From: Priapulus caudatus
Lineage: Eukaryota
Assembly (NCBI RefSeq): GCF_000485595.1
Contig: NW_014577062.1
Coordinates: 439,477 to 487,062, forward strand
DNA: 47,586 nt
Direction of reading: 5' to 3'
This document shows, piece by piece, positions 38,194 to 47,586 of the stretch. The translations under genes were made by a program, and so were the position numbers. The notes beneath the pieces were generated by a model. It had not been told where the DNA came from and did not search any database. It worked only from the letters and a program-made list of their open reading frames with translations. Within the stretch, counting starts at the first letter, position 1. Each line of letters begins with the position of its first letter.

Positions 38194-39839
38194 ACACACT
38201 ATACACAATCTCTCCTCTGTCTGACTGTCACGCTCTTTCATTCTGTCGCTCTTTATGCATATATATACGGTGTTATTTAGTTCCCCTTGGCTTCTGACAT
38301 TTAATCCGCCGCAGGCTCGCAGCGCAGTCGGAGATGGCGTACTGTAGGCTGTTCATGAAGCCATCCTCATGTACAGTAGCTTTCACTTGTCGCGCTCCTT
38401 ATCACGACAGAAGTGACAACTAACACGCAACAACTAGGACGCGTGCAGGGGACATGCAAGACATATTTCGATGAGGCTAGGCGCATGTGTTTTGCACTGA
38501 TGCAGCCATAATCAAACTGCAAGCATCAATATAAACGCTGTTGTTACTCGCAGGTAAAAGCGATGCTCCTCCTTATGCCCCCGTTGTAAAACTCAACCCG
38601 TTGAGTGTAATTTCCAGAGTAATTACCCAACTTAGTGTCGATAATGAGTTAACAACAGTGGCCAATTGATATAGTCGACACTGCGTCAAATAAAGCGTAT
38701 ATGAAAGGGCAGGTGAAACGTTAGCGAAAAGACAAGTAGCTAGTACAATGTAGCACATGTACTGACAGGCGTTTCTGGTAACACTTGTACAGGATATAGC
38801 CTCGGCTTCCCCACAAAAAAAAACGGAAAAGAAGAAGCGCGACTGAGTGTCCCCACCTCATGGAAAACAATAGTTTCTACTGAGAGGCAACTTTTCGATT
38901 GAAAGTTTCATTCCCAACTTTTGGCGATGTAATTACATACATTACGTCTCCGATGTTGACGATTATGACGAACGAGACGTGTTGCTATGATATTGACTGC
39001 CACGACTCTAAGTTCACGCGCAGCTATTAACCCGTTCCGCTGCTTCAATTGAAAAATAACAAAAACTGAACCGAGTGGAAAAAACGTATATCTGTGAAAG
39101 CGTCTGACATTTACTACAGGATAAACTATTCGTATAACTTATATATAGAGTACTGTGTGCGTGTGAAAGTGTTTACCAATCAATGCATTTCTATAACCGT
39201 CCCGACCTTTAGCGAAAGTAGAAATGGACATTTATGCTAATTAATACGCGAGTTTTCGAGTTTGCCAACCAAATTTTGGTTATTACAGTTAAAAGCCTTT
39301 TTTGTAAAAAATATTTCTGGGTTTGCGGAAAGTATTACCAGGTAATGATTCTGATCCAGGTAATGATGCAGGTAATGAGGTATTGCCTCTAAAAATGCCG
39401 ACGTTTATTTCAATGTCAAACCCTAAGAACTATGTATTGTATACATAAAATCAACGTTAACGTCTGAATAAAAACTAGGGGTTAGTTTGACGTTTTTGTT
39501 ATTAGTTAACACTTTCTATGCAAGCAGTATCAATATCATTACTGTTAATAGATTGAATCAGGAAAGTATAAAGGGCTTATTTACTATATATTGGCTCTAG
39601 TTAGCATTATGTAACCTAATAGAAATCAATGCTTCTTCATCAGCAGTAATTATACGAACAAAGATTTTAACATTAATTTTTATTAGTTGATCTTTTGCGT
39701 CATTATTCGGTTCATCATTAAAACGCACAGATCATCACTAATAGGTAAATATGATTAGACGCTTCCACAATTTTGTAATCATGAAATCATAAACTAATTA
39801 TTTAGAGAAATCACAACGTGCATGCTAACCACTTGTGGT

Positions 39840-41180
39840 GGTCTGTGTGTGTGTGTGTCTGTGTGTCTGTGTGTCTGTCTGTCTGTTCATCCATGAATCC
39901 ATCTATCTACCCACCCATCCGTCCACCCACCCATCCATTTATCCATCCATCCATCTATCCATCCATCCATCCATCCATCCATCCATCCATCCATCCATCC
40001 ATCCATCCATCCATCCATCCATCCATCCATCCATCCATCCATCCATCCATCCATCCATCCATCCATCCATCCATCCATCCATCCATCTATCCATCCATCC
40101 ATCCATCCATCCATCCATCCATCCATCCATCCATCCATACCATCCATGCCATACGCATGGCCATCCATACCATCCATCCCTCCATCCATCCATCCATCAT
40201 CATCATACCATCCATCCATCATCCATCCATCCATCCATCCATGCGCATCCGATCCAATCCATCCACCCACCCACCCATCCATTTATCCATCCATCCATAT
40301 CCATCATCCATCCATCCACATCCTCATCCATACCATCCATTCCATCCATCCATCCATGGCACCATCCATCATCCATCCATACCATCCATCCATCCATCCC
40401 ATCCCATCCATCCATCCATCCAATCTCATCCATCCACCATCCATCCATCATCCCATCCTCCATCCATCCATCCATTACCATCCATCCAATTCATCCATCC
40501 ATCCATCCATCCATGTCATGCATCATCATCTATCCATCCATCCATCTATTCATCCATCCATCTATCCATCATCCATCCATCCATGGCCATCCATCATCAT
40601 CCATCCATCCATCCATCCATCAATCCATCCATCCATACCATCCATCCATCCATCCATACATCATCCATCCATCCATCCAATCCATCCATTCCACTCCATG
40701 CCATCCATCCATCCAATCCATTCATCTAATCTATCCATCCATAAATTCATCCATCCATCCATTATCCTGCATACATCTATTCATCCATCTATCCATCCAT
40801 CCATCATCCATCCATCATCATTCATACCATCATCCATCCATCATCCATCCATCCATCCATCCATCCATCCATCCATCCCTCCCATCATCCATTCCATCCA
40901 TCCATCGACCATCCATCCCCATCCATCCTACCATCATTCATCCATCCATCCTCCACCATTCATCCATCATCCATCATCATCCATCCATTCATACATCCAT
41001 CATCCACATCATCCATCCATCCATACCATGCCATCCATCCATCCACCATCTCATCCATCCATCCCATCCATCATCCATCCATCCATATCCATGCTATCTC
41101 AATTCATCCATCCATGCCATCCATCCATCCATCATCTATCCACCTAATCTATCTATCTGTTTGTCTACTATCTATCTATT

Positions 41181-41216
<36 letters not shown>
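39840..41216 (+). repeat. Compound microsatellite (GT)n-(CCAT)n ~1.25 kb-(CTAT)-(TA)n
   Basis: Perfect CCAT run ~39960-40136, then noisy; source of the spurious HPSI/MDGW ORFs. Confidence 0.97.
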
Positions 41217-41219
<3 letters not shown>

Positions 41220-41331
41220 GCTATTTACCTGTCTCTTCACGAGTTTGTTTGCTGAAGCGCTGGTTTTGCTTGTGTTTGTGTTTCTAACATCACTTGATAA
41301 TGACGGATATTTCTCTTGTTGGCCGTTTCAG

Positions 41332-41444
41332 CATAGTAACGATGGTAGTCGGCACGGGCGGTACGGAAGGAAGCGGGTTCGACCTCCGAATCCTCAGAGC
41401 GATCAGGGTGTTACGCCCCCTTAAGCTCATTTCGGGCGTGCCTA
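41332..41444 (+). CDS. cac: Cav2 alpha-1 exon encoding IS3-S4 linker and IS4 voltage sensor
   Basis: TTTCAG acceptor, GTAAGT donor; 113 bp completing the split Gly codon and reading [37 protein letters not shown](S); FDLR and RPLKL are Cav2-type (Cav1 has FDVK/RPLRL). Confidence 0.96.
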
Positions 41445-44225
41445 GTAAGTATGAAAACTCCGACTATTAAGTAGATGCAACTATATTCTTAGATGGTGAT
41501 ATAAGGTAGTATATAGTTTAAACTGGTATGGGCTATTCACGAACTAAGACCATTGTTCGTCATTCGTTTTCGAACTGCCATTCGCTCTGGAGATGATCGT
41601 AAGATTTCTGACGTGGCATGCTATTCGAGGCGACACACGCGACCATGGTGTAAATGTGCGACGTCTGCATGGCGAGGGTGCGCCGTGGTGCGCTATTAAG
41701 GGGCGCTGTACAGTCACGGCTCTTGAGAAAAATACTGCCACACGTCAAATTCAAGAGCGCGTGTTGTAGAGCGATTAACAGTCACCGACACCCGTTGTTA
41801 TAGCTGCCCGCGTTATATCAACGCTCTGGTGCGCATATAGATGTCGACGAATACTGGCGTATGCTTGATAAGCATTTTCGAATTACATTAGCAGCCGTTT
41901 TCGTAGGAGGCGTGGTAAAATCGCCACGCCTGTCGGAATATGAACGGTTAGAATATTAACACAAAACATAACGAGGATTTCCAATTTTATCTCACGACCG
42001 TGATGATTTTTGCCGTTTGCAGCCGAAACAGATCATGAAGTTATTTTGACCGAAATACACGGTGTTTGCAGCGCCACACTCCACGTTGTGAGAGCAACAC
42101 ACTAAACTAGCAGAGCAATCATTTACGATTAGACGATTGTACGGCTTAGATTGCCCATCCTCCAGCCCGGACGGTCAACGAAAATAAATAATTCCATTAG
42201 AAATAGAATTTCCTGTGTAAATGAATCATAAAAAAAAACCATGTTAGGAATAGCGAATCATATCAGCGTCTTGATTGTAACACTTATTGACAGTCGTCGG
42301 CATCGTATTTTTTTATTCTCACGCAGTCTAAGACGACCGTGATATACAGATTAACACGTCATTGAACTCATCACTCAATAACAATGCATCGGCATCCTCA
42401 TCCGAAATAACTGCATATCCACACCGGATATTGTCGTTCCTTTATAATATACTGGCTCCGAGAAATGTCTGTACGACGCGTGTATAACTTGACAGAAATC
42501 AATATTTAATTTGTAGTATTGATCAGAATTAAAACGAGAGGAAATATGATTAGCCGTGTTCGGACGTGTACGGATGGCGTGAATTAGGCGCTGCTTGCTG
42601 GTGGATGTAACGCTGAAATTAAGTAGGCGGCGTGGAAGAAATTTCGGTGTTGCATCGTAGATGTTGATCGGAGAAGAAAGGCTGCAATTAGGTGAGATGC
42701 TATGGTCGCAGAATGAAGCGTCGTTATTAGGTTACAGAGGCGCTGTCCGCGGAGTGAACTCGGCTCAAAGCTGCTGAAATGAAAACAAAAACTAGGTAGG
42801 CGCTGAAGTCAGGAAAGGCATGACACCAGAATTAGGTGGAAGGGGAGAATGGCAAGAACACCAATATTAAATAGAAGGGGATGATCCTAAGAACTTCGAG
42901 AAATATGAGATCAGGGGGACTCTGGAATTAGAAGGACGTCGATGATGACAAAACGGTTGAATAGGAGATTTGTAACGATCTCCAAAGCCGAATACGAGGT
43001 GTGGATAATTAATAACGCATTGATCACGAAGAGAAAGCAATAGTTAATAGATGGAAGGGACAACACGTAAAATTAATTTCGAATTAGAGTTTTGAGTAGA
43101 TGTGATTTGGAAATCAATCCAGGTAGTGTTGGAGGTGGCGTTTATATCCGGAGAATTAGCGACGGTCAAACTAGCATTTATGAGGCGTCAGGGATGATGA
43201 AGCAGACGGAGCCGGGAGGAGAACACCACAGCCATAGGGGCGGTGTAATCGGCTGCGGAAACTTTCAGGAAAGCGATTGTTTGGTTTACAACTGCTCACA
43301 CTCGTGGAACGCTGTAGCGAATGCTTGCATTACGTGGCATAAACCGCGTGATTTCGCGCCATATATCGCCGGTGCTGCGTTTTCTACTTCGCTAGTAACA
43401 TTGAAGCTCGTCTAACCAGCATGCATTGCAACACCACGCGCCGTCAAGAGTTTAGACGGTCTGACATGTTACGAATTGTACCCTACATGCGATGCGAGCA
43501 CGCTCAGCAGATGTAACATTAGCCGTGGCAAACATGAACTAAAGTAGCCGCGTCAAGGCTGACGCGGCACGTACGTTGAAGTGAATATCAGTTATACTAA
43601 TGCGGCGTCGGTTAAGAACAATGATACAGACATCGGTAGTATATCGCATGGGCAGCAACGAGGGCTGCGCAGCGGAAGCGTATATGTCCCCGTTAATGCA
43701 ATCAACCAACGAAAACCTTTTGATGGAGAGTATTTCTTGGGAACGATCACGAGCAACTGACCCTCGCGTGACATTTGAGCGGCGGGCGGTCGACGACCAA
43801 CCAATCCCCCATAGACTACGGCATGGCCGCGACCAGATCGAACGTATGAGAACGGCCGTAGAAAATTAACTCGGCAGTCTACGGCAACCGACGCACGAGC
43901 GCCATTTGTATGTACATTAGCATAGCCAAAACCTAGAGCGCGCGATGCTGCGAGCAAAGTGAATATTGTAGATTTTATCGCCACTCGCCGTCGGCCCGCC
44001 CGCAACGCGACGCGATCGTGAGTAACTGACCGTCGCGTGACATTCGGGCAGCGTGCGGTCGACGACCATCCGATCCCCCATAGACCGCGGCGTGGCGGCG
44101 ACGCGACATCGCATCAGCTAGACACGCGGCACCAGCGAGACGATGTCAACAAGCAGCCTCACCGTCGTCTCATGACATTATCATCATCTCGCGTCAGCGT
44201 CGTCTTATTTGCTGACGCTTCGTAG

Positions 44226-44291
44226 CGTCATAGTTATACCGCGATTGTCACGTGACGTCATAGTTATACCGCGATTGTCACGTGACGTCAT
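44226..44291 (+). repeat. Perfect 30-bp tandem duplication carrying overlapping E-box and CRE palindromes
   Basis: CGTCATAGTTATACCGCGATTGTCACGTGA x2 + CGTCAT. Confidence 0.95.
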
Positions 44292-45127
44292 CATTAACTT
44301 ATAACGTCTCATGCATGATGTCATCTTTATATGGGGACACCATCCTCGTCTCGACGTTGTAATATCTTGACATCGTCGTCCGTGACGTCATCACCGTCAT
44401 GGCGTCATTGTTGTCGCGCGGTATCGCGGATGCGCATCACCGGTCTTGCGGATTTAGTGCGATGCATGCACGATGACATTATAACAACTAGCCACCCCCG
44501 GCTAGCCACACACTAGCTTAGTGTAGCGCATAAGCCATGGACCATTGCATTATCTGCAGATCGACTTACATCTTCCGTCTTGTACTCGGGATGTATTCGT
44601 GCGATTTTCAGTGAACGGCATATGTGCACAGTTTATTTTACAATTCAGTCTTTACAATTCAGTACGAAATTATCACGTACCGTTGAACACAGGCGCGAGT
44701 GTGTGCTTACGGGAAAAACCTGCGGCGGCTATTCGAGACACGCGCTCTCTATTCTACCACAACAACGAAACAAACATTATTTGACACGCGGGCGTGCGGG
44801 TTTGTGACAAGAGCGTTCCACTGCGGTGTTTGCTTATCAATGGCAAACACGTAAAACCAAAACTACTCCGAAACAAAAAACGCTCGTCGTTGATCAATTA
44901 CGCGTATAGGCTACGCTTATTTATCCTCATGTTTCCGTTCAAACAAGAGACGCACTCGGCCCGTGCGATTCGATAACACTCAACATTTTCCGACGATACA
45001 TCGCCACTAATTGTCCAATGAAATATGAGTGCGCGCTATGTTGCATGGAAGATCAACCGCGCTGCTATGTTGGAGATACATATTAGCCTCGTATCACCAT
45101 TTATGCTCTCCGCCGCATTCCTTTAAG

Positions 45128-45635
<508 letters not shown>

Positions 45636-45940
45636 ATGTCAGTTGACATTAGATTTTAAAGTTGGGCATTCGCACCTGTCCTTGAACCCCATATTTTTAC
45701 GCTAGATGGCACTGTGCCACTGTGCATGGTATGGGCCCTGAAGTGGCTTTTTATTTGGTAAATATTTATTGATGTATTGATATAAAACGAGTCATTGTTC
45801 AAACAGCAATTGCAGCTTGTGGTTGTTAATTAATGGTAAATATTGAGGGAGACAGGCGGACAGGCACACAGACAGGTGCGCCTATCTAACAGCCAAATAA
45901 TATTTGTGTATTCTATAACGATTACAACCAGACCGCCTTA

Positions 45941-47586
45941 TAGTCAGGTTCACTATGTTTTTTCGTCTACCGAATATGGTAGATCTAGCAACCTATACAT
46001 TTTTGGAAGTCAATAGCATGAGGAATCCGAAAACAATGTTTACATTTGCGGAGTACCGGCATGGACCGCCATTTTGGATTTTCAAAATGGCCCGCCGCTA
46101 TAAAATAATATTTGGCCGTATTTTCTCCTCTAATCACTCCTAAAACTTTTTAAATATGCCATCCTATGTTTTCAGGACAGAGGAATCCGATTGGTGACAT
46201 AACCAGACTTCTTACTGTAACACTTGGTATTTTTTCAGGAAACATTATTGTTATATGAAACAAAACAAAAATCATTAATATATAGGCATATATGCCGTTT
46301 CTGCAACATATAAAAGCTGCCGCACCTTAGTTGCGTCATAGCTTCTGGCTCTATCTAGAATCAACAGAGAAGTGGAGAACAGAGCCACATCCCAGTTGGG
46401 CTAGGGTTCAAATCACTCGTGTCAGGGTAGCCAATGTTGACCCACTGGGCCCACTACCTACTCGGCTGCAGAAGTGTCACAATGAGTGCCTACCATGCTG
46501 ACTGTGATTCTGGCAAGCATCCGAATTGAAGACGTTGTGCGTTGTGAGAATACCCGCGACAGTGCATTTCGTATCGACATGCGCAGCTTGTACGAGAAGG
46601 CAGTGCAGTTACTGGATTGCAAGACTTGATCTGAAAGAAGCAGTTGTCCCCAGACTAGGGTGTGAAGCTACATGCTGTGATGGCTGCGCTGAGAGCTCTG
46701 GAACGTCCCATAGAAACCTCAGGCGATAGATGATGCTCTGTGATTGAGGGCTGACGTATACGGCTCTGCCCACAACCAGACAAGATCGCTCAAGTGCGCC
46801 TCACTACAAGAGAACTCTTCGTGCACACTATCCACACTTATATGGCTCTATATGAACTTGTCCTGGAACAGTTCTTCACAGAAAAGCCCAGACCTTTAAA
46901 GCGATTTTGGCGTAGAAGCAGGCCAGATAATGTCCAGAAGAGCTTTGTGCAATATCAGGCAGCTGACAGAAGCCTCAAATCCGAAAGACGTTGAGCAAGA
47001 ACCAATGACGATCTACTACAAACCTGCACTAACGACGACGTCATTCAACAGCTAAAAAGTGGGAAGCGCAGAAATCGCTCAAATGCAAATTGTTAAGTCT
47101 TTGATGACTACATCCACCGCCGTGTGAAAACGCATCTTGCAACTTTGTGAAGCATCCACGAATTCCAGATCTCGTTCTCCACTCTTCAAGCTGGTCGGCA
47201 GGCACCTAAGCAAGTTCATTCTTCGCCATGGATCGAATAAAATACAAGGCGCTCTGCCATCGTTACATCGCAGACATGCCATGAGTTGAAGACAAAGCCA
47301 TCCAGAAACTCGACTGGAAGTGAACTACAAGACGGAAACATATCTCGTGGACACAGAGTACGATCCCATTTGTCCTCGATTGGAGGCAGATGCACGCATG
47401 TGAAACAACTCAACAGTATGCACTGAAGCATACATTCGCGTTTAATTAGCATTTCGAATCTATGCCACGCTATCGTCAACGGTTTTCTTGGCCACTCCTT
47501 GAGATGCTCCAGTCTTTCAGCTGAATTCAAGGCCATTCAATACTTGCTGTAAACAAGGGCACAAGCAGCATCATGATGTTCAGCCA
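45941..47586 (+). mobile_element. Second, divergent AcademX-type transposon (internally deleted, frameshifted, runs off the window)
   Basis: Starts TAGTCAGG; subterminal inverted repeat GCCATTTTG-N6-CAAAATGGC (46068-46091); from ~46350, with frameshifts: HIPVWA, LYEKAVQLLD, VVPRLG-ELHAVMAALRALGTS-IETSG, HYKRTLRAH, FFAMDRIKYK, RYIADM, ELQDGNIS, TIPFV. Confidence 0.75.

Noticed and set aside
39818..41217. Long His/Pro/Ser/Ile ORFs (303-460 aa) and MDGW ORFs
   Set aside because: Translations of the (CCAT)n microsatellite.

Overview
Eukaryotic (bilaterian invertebrate-like) genomic DNA, not prokaryotic; most ORFs in the supplied track are microsatellite or low-complexity noise. The real host gene is on the + strand: three exons (35994-36099, 37625-37764, 41332-41444) of a Cav2/cacophony-type voltage-gated calcium channel alpha-1 subunit (domain I S1-S4). 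The first of these is preceded by a minor-spliceosome (U12) branch site and an AC acceptor. The rest is repeat-rich non-coding DNA. It holds remnants of AcademX DNA transposons (transposase + XPG-like nuclease + Cys-rich finger; one copy with two spliceosomal introns), a decayed CR1/L2-group LINE, Kolobok-like and Helentron-like non-autonomous elements, and long microsatellites. It also holds an unclassified composite repeat (31-bp tandem array + ~830-bp tail) present three times in alternating orientation. There are two 25-N gaps. About 9936-19200 behaves like an uncorrected, insertion-rich long read that duplicates 4968-9646, so fine detail there is unreliable. All family assignments come from motif recognition by eye; no searches were run.
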